NCBI GenBank assembly: GCA_013239625.1 | Contig: MU054212.1 | Coordinates: forward strand, 9,658,898-9,722,897 | Source: Lama guanicoe | Lineage: Eukaryota | DNA: 64,000 nt | Reading direction: 5' to 3' | Part shown: positions 1 to 12,914 of the stretch, in pieces | How the letters are laid out: every line of letters begins with the position of its first letter | Position numbering within the stretch: position 1 is the stretch's first letter | Made by a program: the position numbers and the translations under genes | Notes under the pieces: generated by a model | Seen by the model: only the letters and a program-made list of their open reading frames with translations | The model's database searches: none | What the model was told of the DNA's origin: nothing

Positions 1-139
1 CTTGTGATTCAAGCCCCGAGTTGCCTTGACCAGGGGCATGTGTTGATCTGTCAGGAGGTGGAGCCAGACCCCAGGTCTTCTAGCCTGTCCAGGAATGTCC
101 CTCCCTGGCCATGCCCTGGCCTTAAAACCTCGCTATGAG

Positions 140-210
140 TATCCCACCAGTTTGCTGGTGACCTGGGACAAATCGCTGCCCCTCAATGGGCCTCAGGCTC
201 CCCCATTCGG
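140..210 (+). mobile_element. MIR fragment
   Basis: GTGACCTGGGACAAATCGCTGCCCCTCAATGGGCCTCAGGCTCCCCCAT resembles the MIR core (GTGACCTTGGGCAAGT...CTCTGGGCCTCAGTTTCCTCAT). Confidence 0.5.
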
Positions 211-338
211 TCCCTGGGCATCAGGACTCCTTGTCTCTGGGCTTCCTTCCTTTTTCATTTGCAGGGGCACCTGGAGGGGACCAGCTCCTTCTCACGATTC
301 AGTGGGAATGAGCAAAGAGGCTGCCGAGTTGAGTCTTC

Positions 339-504
339 TTTTTTAAAATTAATTTATTTTAGGATTTTTATTTAAATTTTGTTGTGGAGGAGGTCATTAA
401 GTTTGTTTATTTTATCTTCTGTTTTTAAATGGAGGTAGTGGGGATTGAACCCAGGACCTAGTGCATGCTAAGCACGTACTCTACCAACAAGCTGTACCCT
501 CCCC
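339..504 (-). mobile_element. tRNA-Ala-derived SINE, camelid vic-1-like
   Basis: Minus strand reads GGGGAGGGTACAGCTTGTTGGTAGAGTACGTGCTTAGCATGCACTAGGTCCTGGGTTCAATCCCCACTACCTCC. It has a degenerate A box, a B box GGTTCAATCC at 442-451, and then an A-rich body and tail. A partial TSD candidate TGAGTCTT lies at 330-337 and 509-516. Confidence 0.85.
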
Positions 505-3500
505 ACTCTGAGTCTTTTAGTGTTTGGTTGGAACCATTTTAATTTGCATTCAAGTTTGATTACATTCTGTCTTTAAGGGTGCCCACGTGCGAGAAGAGGC
601 ATTTGGGCCCCCCGGATGCTCATTCCTGCTTCTAAACGCTCCTTCCCCTGCTTGGGACGGATGCCTGACTCCCCACCTCCGGCAACCCACGCACTTCAGG
701 CCCCGTCAGTGCTGCCCTTCCCTGGCCCCTCCTGCCCCGAGATGTCCCTGATCCTTGTCTCCTTGTGGCCTAAGTGGGGAGGTGGGGAGCTCCCTTCTCC
801 ATCCTTGTAGGTTAGAAGTGGCAGATGGGGTGGGGGTATGGGACAGGGTGAGGGCAGAAGCTCTTTGTCATTTTTTATTTCGGCAAAGAGCCAGGGTCTG
901 GGTGGGGAGGGAAGACAATAAATAAGTAAAAAGTGCTAAATAAGTAAATCGAAGCTCAAGGCAAAGGGAAAACAAGGGAACTTCTAAAACTCAGAATGGT
1001 CTTCCTTCCTCCCCCGTCATCCTCCATGCACCCTTCATTCTGCCCTGGGGACGGTGATGCTGCTTCTACTCCTCTGGGCAGCCTTGTGCCCTTCTACCAC
1101 CTACTGAGTTCAAGGTCCCTGTCAGGCCTAGTTCAAGTGCCCCCTCCTCCATGAAGTCCTCCTGGGTTCCTGCCCCAATCCCAACCTTGTCCTGACCTTC
1201 CTGCCCTCCACACCCACGCAGGCTCCCACACCACTCCGGTCCTGTGGGATGGTGGCTTCCTCACCGGGCAGGCTTGCCAGCTCTGGGGAGGGGGGCAGGA
1301 GGGTACCCAGGAGGGGAAGGAGGAGGGTAGAGAAAGATGCTCTGAGACAGCCAGAGGGGCGAGACAGCCAGCAGTGCTTATTGGACTAAACATGGTCCCG
1401 GGACAGCAAGTAATTTGGGCCTAAGTCAGCAAGTTTCACCCATAATTTCTTAAGCATCTGTCAGGCCACTGCCTCCCCACCTCCCAAGCCCTGAGAGGAG
1501 CAGCAGCTTTTAAGGGAGCCAGAGAGAAAGCCGCACTTAGCAAATGAGGGGAAGGCTTAAAAATACCACAAGGAGTCACCCTCCAGGAAGGCGAGGCCAC
1601 CCCCTCTCCTGCTGCTCCCCACACCCCTCCCCCAGCCCGGCAAAGCCCAGGAGAAGGGCTGGGCACACATGGCTGGGGTGGAGGGACGGGTAACAGTGTG
1701 TGCACGTGACACCGGGTGACACGGGGACGATGGGGGTGGTGTGCAGCTGGGATGGCCTGTATTCTTGTGCAGATGAGTGACCATGCAGTGACCAGGCCTG
1801 GCCCTGCCTGTGCCTGACTGTGTGCGGCCCTGCAGATGTGGGGCTGAGAGGTGGGGCCTGTGACAGGATGTGACAGCGCAAGTGGAGGTGACTTCATAGG
1901 TAGAGGCGACAGATGCTACCCTGTGTGTTCCCACCTGGCAGAGGGGTAGCACCGGACAGACGCCTGAGTGACACACGTCAGCATTTCCATAAGACAGATT
2001 CAAATGATGTGTGATGGCTTGTGTGTGAGACAGAGAGACAGACAGACATCATAGCAGGGACAGGAGCACTTGGACCTTCTGAGTCTTGAGAAACAGGCCA
2101 TCATGCCCTCCTCTGAGTCTTGGCTACAGATGCACCCAGATTTGGCCCCAGTTCTCCCTCTTGTTCCCAGAGGCCACTGCCCCGCGGCTCTCAGTGCCAG
2201 TGGCTGGCCCTGCCTTGGCCTTGACCCCGCCGAGAGGCCGTCTGTCCAGGAGACGGCACCCTTAGCAGCCAGGGTGGTTCAGACCAGCATCTTCCCCCCC
2301 GAGTGGGATCTTGGCCCCCGTCCACTCATTCTGTATTCCCTCCCAGGGCCTGGCCAGGCCTCCACGAGCCTCCTCTCACTCCCAGTCCAGTCCCGCGAGC
2401 GGGCATCATTGGCCGTTTTCACAGACAAGACAGTGACAACTCCACTCGGAGAGGCCTAGGCACAGGCCTGGGGCAGCCACGCGGACCCTCCACGCTGCTG
2501 CCCACCCCGTGGCCAGTTCACCACCCAAGGGGAAGCAGAGGGTCCCAGCCACGTGCTGGGAGACTTCTCTGCTCTCCAGACCTCACCCCACAAAGGAGGA
2601 CGCCCCCTTTCCGCAGTGACTCACCCAGGGTTCCTTTGAACAGGGCGCCTCTCTGAAGTTAAGTGTTGATTTTCAGATTATTAGCTTGCTGCCGAAGAGG
2701 TTGGATGCAGTCTGGGGAGGGGAGACAGGGAAGGAAGCTTGGAAGGCAGGGGTCCAGGGGGAATGTGCACATCTGGGTGCCCAGGAGCCGCGGGCCCTCC
2801 CACACCTGGGTCGGGCTGGTGCCTGGACACCGTCCAGCCCTCTCACCCCGCACGCTCTGGCTCTCGGGGAGCTGGGCTCACGGAGGACTTGGAGGTGCCC
2901 CGGGAAGGCCCAGAGAACCAGGGTGTGTGCCTTGCAGCCAAGGCCAATGAGGAGGCCTCAACGGTGTGGTTGGAGGCACCTGGAAAGCCCCTGCCGGCCC
3001 AGTACCTCCCCGGTGAGTCTGCCTTGGTGACTGACACAGCGCCGTTAGCATTGAATTTTGGGGTTAAGCATTGCCTTTCCCTTGCACCATGCTTTTTCTT
3101 GCTGCAGCATTTTGTTCACTGTGCTCTAACCTCTCAGCTATCTTTTCTATTTGTCCCACCAAACAAACCTTCCTTGTCCAGACCTCCAGCCCCTGCACCC
3201 AGCCCTTTGGCCCATGGGGATGGCTCGCCTTGCTGGGCTGGCTGGGCCACTAGCTGAAGGCAGGGCTCACACCTCCCCAGGGTCCTTTTCTTTGTCTCCC
3301 TGGTTCCTCCAGCTGTCCCTCCTAGGACTTGTTTCCCAGATACTTCTTCCACCTCACCACCCGGTCGTTTTCACTAACTGATCGTCTAGTTATTTTAGTG
3401 TTGTCTGGAGGTCCCACAGGACTGGGCCTCCCAGTAACGGGGAGGGGGGAGTCTGTGGCCTGTTCCGTGGAGATGATTGTCCCCGCAACACCCCCTTCGT

Positions 3501-4059
3501 GGGCTCAGATCTCTGCACACAGGCCTGCCCAGCCTCAGGGCCAACCTTCCCCTTCTGCACAGGTCACATCCTTTCCATGTGGCAGGCAGATCACTTCCTG
3601 CCTCCACCCTGCCCAGGACGGGGGCTCTGTCCTGGGGTGAGCAGACCCAGAAGGCTCTGAGAATTAGGGTAGAGGTGTGTCTCTTTTACCAGCAAGGCCA
3701 ATGAGGCCCCACTCCGTGTTCCAAAATGCAGAATGAGCCTTTTTCTTTAAAACCATTGTTTATTTCATCTATGAAACCGGGTTGAGAGCGTAACACTGGC
3801 TGGGGAGGTGGGCGGTGGTGGTGGGGTCCTAAGATTGCTTCTGGTTTTCAGAGCTGGTGGCTGTGTCCTCCCCTCTGGAAAGAGGAACCTCTCTCTCTAC
3901 CTGTTGAGGGCGGAGTGCCTGTGTGAGGAGGCAGTGTAAGCTGAGCCCTGCCTTCCTGGACCCGCATCCATCCCTCTCCTTCCCTTCACAAATCATTTCC
4001 ATCGCTTTAGGCCAGGAGTGGGGTTGGAGGGGGGACTGGTCTGGCCCCCCTCCAGCCAG

Positions 4060-4350
4060 GACTGGAAAAATCCTTCATGCACCTAACATATATTTTAAAA
4101 TAACTTGCACGCAGAACACCCCCATGCTCCCATTTCTTCGTCTCAGATCTGATTATCTGCAGTGCGCGCGCTCTCTCTCTTTTTTAATAAAAAATTGCTA
4201 TAAATCTTTTTGTCACAGGAGATATAAGACGCAGGTTTGCTGGAGAAACTGCCTTGCTGAGTTGTTTTGTAGGTGGTTTGGTGCCCTGCTCTGTTTTTTG
4301 GGTTTTTTTTTCCAACTCCCCTACAGCTCAAGTTGAATTTCAAAGAAGAT
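4060..4350. promoter_or_regulatory. AT-rich candidate conserved non-coding element
   Basis: Abrupt AT-rich, repeat-free island with GATTA/TAAT motifs and a GCGCGCGC-(CT)n run. Regulatory function is inferred. Confidence 0.3.
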
Positions 4351-5204
4351 GAGCGTAAAGGAGAGATGTCCCTGGCTGGCATTCAAGGAGGGAAGTTAGC
4401 AGGTCTGACAATGCCCTTCCCTTCTCTAACCCAGGACTCCCATGGAAGATTCCACCACCCCCCAGACTGGATTTGGTCAGTAGGACCAAGCCCACATGAC
4501 AGAGCTCACTGAAAACACTCATTCCGCTTAGAAAGGATCCTTTGCCTCCCAGACACATCCCTATCTTCCATCCTAGGCTGACCGTCATGTGCTGTGGGCC
4601 TCTGGGAATGGGAGGGAGGGAGGGGGATGGGATGCTGGACATCAGGGAGCAGGGAGGGAAGGCCTGGTCCATGGAGCCACCGAAGACCTGCATCACAAAG
4701 AATCCACAGCTTGGACCACTTGAAAGGTAGCTGTTTGCTGGGAAATTGTCCCAGTACACCTGACCCGTTTGTTACCCAGGCCACAAAACAGGTTAAAAGG
4801 AGATATTGTTCCCTCAAATGCTCCAGTGGGGGTCCGGGCTAAGAAAAAGGCAAACCCAGCTCTGCTGCTGGAGGAATATGGCCCTTGGAGTACAGGGCCC
4901 TCCAGGCCTTGTGCTCAACAGGTGCTCAGCCGGCTGGAGAGGGGAGGTGTAAGATGTGGTTCCGGAAGAGAGGCCAGGAAAGGTGTGATTGGGGGGGGGA
5001 GGAAGGGGGTGAACTGGGGAGGGATGGACGTGCCTGGGGGGCGGTGAAAGAGACCAGTCTGAACAGAATGAACATCCGGAGAGCGGCTGCGGGTCCACTT
5101 AGCAGTTCATTCGTCCACACAGAGTGGATCCTCAGGCCTCGTATGGATACACCTTCAGGAAGGTGCATGGCTGAAGGAAAAGGACACAAAACTTAGGCTG
5201 GGAT

Positions 5205-5320
5205 AGATCTGCCACTCACTGTTCTTTGGACCAGGCTGGTTTCCTTACATCTCTGTGCCTCAGTTTCCTCACCGGCACCATGGGGATGATGGTACTGTCT
5301 TCAGAGCCTCCATGGGGATC
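5205..5320 (+). mobile_element. MIR
   Basis: CTGCCACTCACT...CTCTGTGCCTCAGTTTCCTCACC...ATGGGGATGATGGTAC matches the MIR core. Confidence 0.75.
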
Positions 5321-5539
5321 AGAGGCACCTGGGAAGCCACCCCAGGAACCCAAAGCTGGACACAGGGAACTCTCAGCAGTTGTCCCCGCCACCAGCATCA
5401 CTCCAGGGAGGGCGCTGCAGGGCGTTTGCCCTAGGCCCCTCCAGGCCCTCTTTACGACAAGGCAGGTTTAGCCAGCACAGCGTAAGTGCGCAAGACCCCG
5501 CGCTGCCCGGCCATCCCACGGCCTCCCCGTCTCGCTGCC

Positions 5540-6015
5540 GGAGAAGGCGTATTTCATTTGTATTTAATAAAGTCCAGCAGCATCACGGCAGTGTATGAAT
5601 CACAGCGCAGTGCACGGGAACGGATACCAGATAGACGTGTGTGTGTGTGTGTGTGTGTCTGTCTATATACACACGCGTGCACACGTTTAGTGGGATTTTC
5701 AGGCCCACGCCTGTTATCAATCTGATTCAAAGCCTGCAGCCCGGTTTCATATATTAAGTGAACGAAAAGTCTTTATCCGTCTTTGCCGCCTCCTGCTCCC
5801 CACCTTGTGTCTGCTCTCCAGGACAACACCATGCACATGCCATATGAGATTCCATTTTGGTCCTGTTCTGATAAGCAGGAGATTAAATAATGAATGAGAT
5901 TCCCATTAGCTGAATTTTTTTTTGGCATATTTCAGGCAACCTTTTCCCTTTTTAATCAAATCCACTCTGTACTGCAGAATATTTTTACATTGATTTGAAA
6001 GAAAAGGATTTTTAA
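5540..6015. promoter_or_regulatory. AT-rich candidate enhancer/CNE containing a (GT)n repeat
   Basis: Island with many TAAT/ATTA/TGATT motifs, preceded by a CpG-rich patch at 5480-5550. Confidence 0.4.
5637..5658. repeat. (GT)11 microsatellite
   Basis: Direct read of the sequence. Confidence 0.95.
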
Positions 6016-9000
6016 AAAGGCCTGGTTACACTGACATCCCCAGGTGTACGAAACTTGGCTGGCCCAGGCACTGGTGAGGGGGAGGGGCTGGGGTGCAGCT
6101 GGAGGGCAGAAAAGAGCCTGCCCCGGCCACCTTCCCTCTTCCTCACCTCCCTTCTCTCCTCCCTCCCTTTCCGAGTGCTCCTGCTCCCAGACTCAGGGGC
6201 TCTGGGAGACACGTGGCTCCTTTGTTTTGTTAGAAAGCAGGACTGTTTGTTGCAATGTTAATTCATGCATGATGAGAACTCTGTGTAAGGGGCCCATCCT
6301 TCTAGAAGCTTCCTTTGTTTAGTTGAGGCCACTGCCTTCTTCTTAGAAGACCCCCAAGACAGATCTTACCCTTTCAGAGAATCATGTGAGGGACCTAGTG
6401 TCCCAATTCCCAGAAACACACGGCACAAGAATCTCCATCAACATGTCCCCTCCACCCTCACTAAACACATGCTCTTCGTGGAAAATTCAAGGTGGTTCTT
6501 CCCCCCCCACTCCCCTCCCGACTCCCATGGGGGTGGATATGAGATGGGGAGTCTAGGCAGAGCTGACCCCTCCTCCTTTCTAGATGTGAGGCAGAGTTTG
6601 GATGACCCAGGTTGCAGCCTCCTTTCCCCTGGGCCCGGCTCAGAATATCTGTGGCACTCTTTCATTGTGTCCCAGCGATGCACGGCGGGTGTGATGGGTG
6701 ATTTAGGGCTAAGCCTCTCCACCAGGCTTCAGGTAGAGGTTGTCAGTATTCCCACTGAAGGGATGGGAGAGACCGGGGCTCAGCACACCCAGGTCGCTTG
6801 GCCACAGACTAGAGCTAATAAGTACAGAGTGGATGCAGGCTTGGGCCAAACCTGGGCGTTCACACTCTCCCCCGGACCTGGCCTTGTGGGCGGTATCCCA
6901 TGGTCTAGCTCTTCCTGCAAGGTGCAAGGTTCCCATTGCTTCCTGCTCTGGGGTGTGTGTGCAAGTCTCTGTCCCCTTCTTTGCTCCCCCTGCCCCTGCT
7001 CTGGCCTCAGCTGGGCTCAGAGGCAGCCTTGGTCTCTTGGCTACAGGGGACTAATTGAGAAGGGTCCGAGGTCTGGTGGTGGCGGCAGAGGCTGGGATGA
7101 GAGGGTGGAAGCTGCAGTAATCATGACCTAGTCACGCACAGGCCCCTCTGGACAGCAGGCGGGAGGGGTCTGATGATTCACCGTGGGACCTCCTGCACCC
7201 AGTGCCCAGGACACATGGGTGGACAGATTTCAAGTGAAGGGTACGGGGGCGGGGGCCAGGACGGACTGGCCAGCTGACTCTCCTCGGATATCTGAGGTCA
7301 CGCAGAAGAATCCCGGAGCCTGACCTACATATCTCGTGTCCTGGGGAACATGGCTCTCCCCAGGGATGTGATTTCCTACGGCTTTCAGAGACGACTGGTC
7401 CAACCCAGAATGCAGTTGGTGCCTCCTCCCCTTGGCTGATTGCTCTGAGAACCGGGGATGAGGGCTGAGGAGGGGCAGGTGGTGTGATGTACTGATTCCC
7501 ACTGAGGGGCAAACTGGGTCCTGCAGGCGACGCGGAGGAGCCTTGGGAGCATCACAGTGCCCTCAGGGGTGCTTCCCTGGCTGGGGCAGCTGCTCCCTGC
7601 GCGGGAGGCCGCCTGTGCTGTGGGGCACCCCACGCTCTAAGCAAGCTCTTCACGCTGACCTAAACCTGCCTGCTCCTCCCTCCTACACCCCGGCCCACTC
7701 TAGGATATCCTTGATGTGGGCCTGGCAGACGCCGTCCCGCCCCTGCCATCCAGGCTTAGGGGCCGGATGTGGAAGGTGTGGGCCGACAGGGCCTGGGCAG
7801 CAATGCCCTCCCAGCCTTCCAGTTCCCAGCCGGGGGGCAGTTCACAGCTGGTGACCGACAGGAGGGAGCCGAGGGTCTGCTGGGGAGGATGACAGAGGTA
7901 ACAGACCCTCGGGATTGACCCCTGCAACCTCCCGCAGGGACGGAAACTCAGTTTACAGATGGTTGCCTGCGTTATCCTGCCCAGGCCTAACCACCCTCCT
8001 TCCCTGGCTCCCTTTGGCCAAACAAGACGGACTTCGCTTTACAAAGTGACCCTTCACTCACAGTGCGTCAGGGCCATGCTCACCACTGGGCAGAGTGAGC
8101 GGCTCGGGTCCAGCCTGAAAGTCGCACCCTCCTGAAGGCTTTGGTTTGCTATTAGCAGTGGGGACGAGAAAGGCAGATGGAGGCAGAGTCGGCCTCGGGG
8201 ACGTTTTCGGGTGTTGACTGGACAGAGAGGCCGCCCCCCCACCCCCTGTGAGGATGGGCGTGAGGGCTTTGGGAGAGTGTGACCAGCAAAGGACACAAGG
8301 AGGAGATAAGAGAAGTGAGCTGTGGGTGCCCCCGCCCCTGCTTCCCTGGCAGAGCCTGGCCTTACACAATCCCTGGTCCGTGTTCCAGGTCCAATTAATC
8401 TCCCCTCCCCTGTCTCCTTCCTTCTCCTGCTCCTGAAGACAAGGGAAGGAGAGTGTGCCCTTTTGGCTGATGCCTCCGCTGAATTATGTGAGAGATGAGA
8501 CTCTAAATGGATGTTTAAAGGGCCAGAGGCCCAGGCCTCCATTCCTGGGTGCCAGAAGGTCTGGGCCTGCAGGGAGGCGTGGGAGGGCCGCCCTGCTCTC
8601 TGGCCCCCCTCCCTGTGCTGCCGGGATCTCCGGCTGCCCACCCAAGGATGGAGCCTGACGTCACCGGTGTACACAGGTGGGCATCCCTGCACGTGTGTGT
8701 GCTGGTGGGCGCTGTCTCAGCACACAGGCCTGTACAGTTTTGGCACATGGTTTTTTGTCATGTTGGGGAGGGACAGATGTGGCATGGGAAGGCTCCGCCT
8801 GTGCCTGGCAGTTGCCTTCTGTGTGCACGTGTGTATAAGTGTGACTGCGTGAGTTCACGTGCACACTCCCTTATGTGAGCAGACAGGAGGAGGGTCTGGG
8901 CAGTGGTCTGCCTCCCAGGTGGCAGGCGCTGCCCTGGAGGAGTGCTGCCCCCTCGTTCCTTCTGCTTCTGTGACATCCAGAGACAGGGAGAGGGGCTCCT

Positions 9001-9109
9001 TTCCCTAAGACAAAGACCAAATTGCCTGAACTTCAGGGAAAAAAATCTTGGGATTTATTCTGAGTTCAGAAATCTAGGAGAGAGAGGAGTGTCCCAAATG
9101 TCAGAGATC

Positions 9110-9217
9110 TGTGTGTGTGTGTGTGTGTGCGCGCGTGCACGCACGCATGAGCGTGTGTGTGCATGCACGTGTGTTGTGTGTGTGTGCATGAGCATGTGTG
9201 TGCATGCACGTGTGTGT
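9110..9217. repeat. Compound (TG)n/(CG)n/CATG microsatellite with an internal ~41-bp duplication
   Basis: Mostly alternating purine-pyrimidine tract. GCATGAGCRTGTGTGTGCATGCACGTGTGT occurs at ~9145 and ~9186. Confidence 0.85.
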
Positions 9218-9749
9218 TGAGAAGGAGGAGACAGGAGGTCCAGCTTTGGTCAAACCATCTCTAGGCGGTGGGCAACTTGTCCTTGGCGGTCATTGCTGCT
9301 CTTTTCCTTCTCACGCTCACCCCTCTAGGGGGTGAAAACCTTTGGGAATCACTTGGCGCTGTAAATAGATACGTGAAATCCTGTGGCGTCCGCCAGGCCC
9401 AGCAAGCTGGGGGTCTCTGAAACCCCAACGTGTGGTGGGAGAACACCAACACAGGGACGCACTCTCCCCGGGGTCTTCGCCAGAGGGGGCGAAGACGAGG
9501 CTGGGGCTGGATGGGGAGAGGGACGGCTCCCTGGGTGCCCGGGTCGCCGCCCTCGGGCGCTGCTTCAGCTGTCATGCCTGTGCCTCACTCCCAGCCAGGA
9601 GCTTTGCCCACAGCTGCCCCTCTCAGACTATTTCTCCGTGTCCCAGCGGCCAGGCGTGAAGAGGGCACTTCCTCCCGGTCTGCATCCTCCATAGAGCAAG
9701 TCCTGCCCACTCAGCACCCCTGTTTTGCTATGTGTTGTTTTTTTTAAAA

Positions 9750-9880
9750 CTCACTCACTCACTCACTCCTATACTACTAATCAGCCATCTGCACTGCTTC
9801 CAGCCAGGTGCTGGGGGATGAGGAGGGGCAAAACCACATGAAAGCCTGGAGCCCACTTTCTGAGCTTCAGTTCAATCCCA
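9750..9880 (-). mobile_element. L2 3' fragment with (CTCA)n tail
   Basis: (CTCA)5 followed by CCAGGTGCTGGGGGAT...GAGCTTCAGTTC, typical of a reverse L2 end. Confidence 0.45.
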
Positions 9881-10099
9881 AACCATCACCGAACAACCAC
9901 TGAGCAGCTCTGTGGGTTAGGTGCTGAGGGTTACTGCTGGACAAGACAGCTGGGGCACCTTTTTCACAGCACCTGTGGCTTGGTGCGCGAGATTGCTAAT
10001 GGGGTGGTTGTAAACTGGAGTGTCTCCCACTGTTTGCGATACAGAGGGGACGGTTGGAGCGCGCTGAAGGGCTCCAGGCTGGAATCCACTGAGACACAC

Positions 10100-10287
10100 A
10101 TCTTATCCCTATCAAAGTGGAAACTTCCATGGGGTAAGGACAGCATTTTTCTACTTGTCATCACCTACAGCCCTTATCCTAGATCTGTCTGGGTTTTCAT
10201 AGAATATGGAAAGATGGATGGATGCATGGATGGATGAACGGGTGGGTGGATGCATGGACGGAAAAACGGATGGATAGATAGGTGGAT
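10100..10287 (+). mobile_element. L2 3' end with expanded (TGGA)n tail
   Basis: AAACTTCCATGGGGTAAGGAC...CCTACAGCCC, followed by degenerate (TGGA)n at 10213-10287. Confidence 0.55.
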
Positions 10288-11614
10288 GTCACTTCTATCA
10301 CATTCTGATCTCTTAGCTTTGGGAGCATGGATTAGTCAACCGGGTCAGAGCTCAGTGCTTAGTGGCAGCACTGACACTCACTGCCTGCCCCCGGCTCATC
10401 CCGGGCTGTGGGTGCTGGGCAAAGGAGCCTCCCCTCCCAGCCCAGGCTGTGCACACACATTATTCGCTTGCTCCTCAATCATGCCTTTTCCAGCTAGCTG
10501 CTCCTGTCACAGCACATCTTGTTAGCCCTGGAGGCTCAATGAAATGGAAATTCATGTTTAAATTTAAAAACAACATATTGACCCTGGGAGCCAGCGATGT
10601 CTACATTTTTAATAACTTACTCAGAACGAAGGCTTGGATGAGCATGTGTGTTTCTTCGTGTCTGTATGTCCCGCGTGTGTGGACTTCTGTGTTTCATGGG
10701 GTGCATTTCTGCACTTTTGATGCGGGTGTCTGTTGTGTTTTTACCTGTGTCAGTGAGCATCTGTGTGTGTGTGTGTGTGAGCATTCGCTCTGGAGAGCTG
10801 TGCGCGTCTCACTTTGTGGTTAAGGCTGTATGAGGCTGTTGTGCGGTGTGGTGGAAAGGTCTGGTTTGATTGGGACATATTTACTTTGAGGGACTGGAGA
10901 CAGGTGGACACAACAGGGGAAACAGGACAACCCTTGTTCCCATTCCTCATGCCCCTCCCCTCCTGTGACCCTTGCTCTGGGGGTCTCCCTGTTCTGTGGT
11001 CCCTTGTTAGTCTGGGGCCCCCATCCAGGTGACCCCATGGGCCAGCCATGGAAATAATCCCAGTGGAATGAGTCTGGTCTGGTTCTCAGAGAGTCCTTCA
11101 CCCCTTCCATCTCTTGGCAGAATCAGCATCGACCTCTGGGGGCAAGTGTTTCCTTCCCACTCAAGCCCCATAGCCTTTCGGAGCCCCATACCACCTCTCC
11201 AAGGGACCCAACCTCTTCCCTCCGTGTGGCACCCTCTGGTATGAATGAAGAACAACAGTCTGATGTCTGGAGGCCCAGGATCTGGTCCTGTACCACCAGG
11301 TGTGCAATTGAGATAAATGCCTGTACTCTCTGTACCCCACGTCTCCTTTGCAGGGTGGAGGGCCACAGTAAGGCCCCCGAAAGGCCCCTCCTAGGGTCTA
11401 TCATCTGTCATATTGTGTTTTCGACTCCCAAACCCAGTCTGATCACTGCTATCCTGTTCCAAACACGCTCAGTGTTGGACCATTGACACTTTTTCTGAAT
11501 TCCAACCTGCTGCAGCAGAGATAAACACCACACTAGACATATGGCAGGGGCTCAGCGAACACTTGCTCATTGACTGAGAACAGTCTGATGCCAGTTTCAA
11601 GGTTCTTATTCCTT

Positions 11615-11990
11615 CATCCATCCATCCATCCATCCATCTACCCATCCATCTACCTCCCAATGGATTCATTCTACAAGCATTTCCGTCTCACTTACAACAT
11701 TCAAAGGTTTAGGAGACAACTTCTAATCTTGAGCTGCCTGCAGCTTACTGGGAATGGTGGTGTGTAAAGAACAGCAGGGTCAGAAAGCTCTGGAGTGCTC
11801 TGGGGAGGCTTGGCGGAAGGGAGAGCACGTGTGAGAGGTGAGATCACGAAAGGTTTCCTGATGGAGGTGGGGGTAGCTGAACTGAGCCCAGAGGGCTGAA
11901 TGGATCAGAGAGGGAAGGAAGGAGACAAGGAGGGGCAGACGAGGAGGGGCCCTCCCTGATGGGCGCATGGAAAGCCTATTTAAAGAGCAG
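11615..11990 (-). mobile_element. (CATC)n plus L2 fragment
   Basis: (CATC)n, ATTCATTCTACAAGCATTT and GAAAGGTTTCCTGATGGAGGTG...GAACTGAGCCC are L2 antisense motifs. Confidence 0.6.
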
Positions 11991-12139
11991 TGAACCACCT
12001 GACTTGTCCGGCATGAACAAGTAAGAGACAGCAGTGGGAAAAATTAAGCTCAACTACCTGTGAATGGCCTAGAGCACTCTCCTTCCCATCACCCAGCAGT
12101 TCTCTCATGACCCTTAGGACAAAAGCAGAGAGGCCGGAT

Positions 12140-12245
12140 CACCTCTCTAACAGAGATGAGAAACTTGGTCCAGAGAGGTTGAGTGTCTGGCCCAAAGTCA
12201 CACAGCAAGTATGTGACAAAGTAGGAACCACAACCCACGTCTCTG
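12140..12245 (-). mobile_element. MIR
   Basis: AGATGAGAAACTTGGTCCAGAGAGGTTGAGTGTCTGGCCCAAAGTCACACAGCAAGT matches the reverse MIR core. Confidence 0.75.
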
Positions 12246-12359
12246 GACCCCTCCACCTGGGGTCTCCTTCCCAATGCTGGGATAAAGAGCCCATCCAGGA
12301 AGTTTTTAAAAAGTCCAACTTTTTTTTAAATTCAAGAGACGTGGGAAAGGGTCTGTGAG

Positions 12360-12690
12360 CACTTTGTTTCTATTACCTATTGAAATTTGACATAATGCCT
12401 TGGCAGTTCCCCCTTAATATTCTGCTGTATATGGAGCCTGACGATTTCCACCATCGAATGTGACAGGTTGGGAAGATTAAAAAGAGGAGCTAAACTAGCA
12501 GCAGTGGGAGATGAGGAAAAGTAGCACATTTATGAATAATTTCAGCTGAATCCTCACAACACGACACTCCCTGGACAGAACACATTCATTATCTTATTCA
12601 CCACGACTACTGCAATATTAGTGATTTGTTACCGAATCAATTATTAATTCATACAGGAGAACGAGGCTCTGTCACTTAACTCTTCTCTGA
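12360..12690. promoter_or_regulatory. AT-rich candidate enhancer/CNE
   Basis: Repeat-free island with ATCAATTATTAATTCAT, TGACAG, GATTAA and TTTATGA. Confidence 0.4.
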
Positions 12691-12914
12691 ATGTTGGCCC
12701 AGGGTGGGGCAGGGAGGGGGGAACAGCCAGATTTAACCTCCATTCCTTCGCTTGGGCGCTTCTAGAATGTGGAAGGACAGCTAAGGGTGGTGGCAAGTGA
12801 GAGTTCTGGTTGGGGGGGGTGCGTCATGCCCCTCAGAAGTGGGGTCTGAAACCACAGACACCCAATACACCAGGGCAGTGTGGAGCCCAGAGGTCTGTCG
12901 GGGCCAACTGAGGA

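Noticed and set aside
430..504. tRNA-Ala gene
   Set aside because: Degenerate A box and stems, attached to an A-rich SINE body and tail. It is a SINE head.
8656..8663. Full CRE palindrome TGACGTCA
   Set aside because: Single isolated 8-mer with no supporting promoter context.
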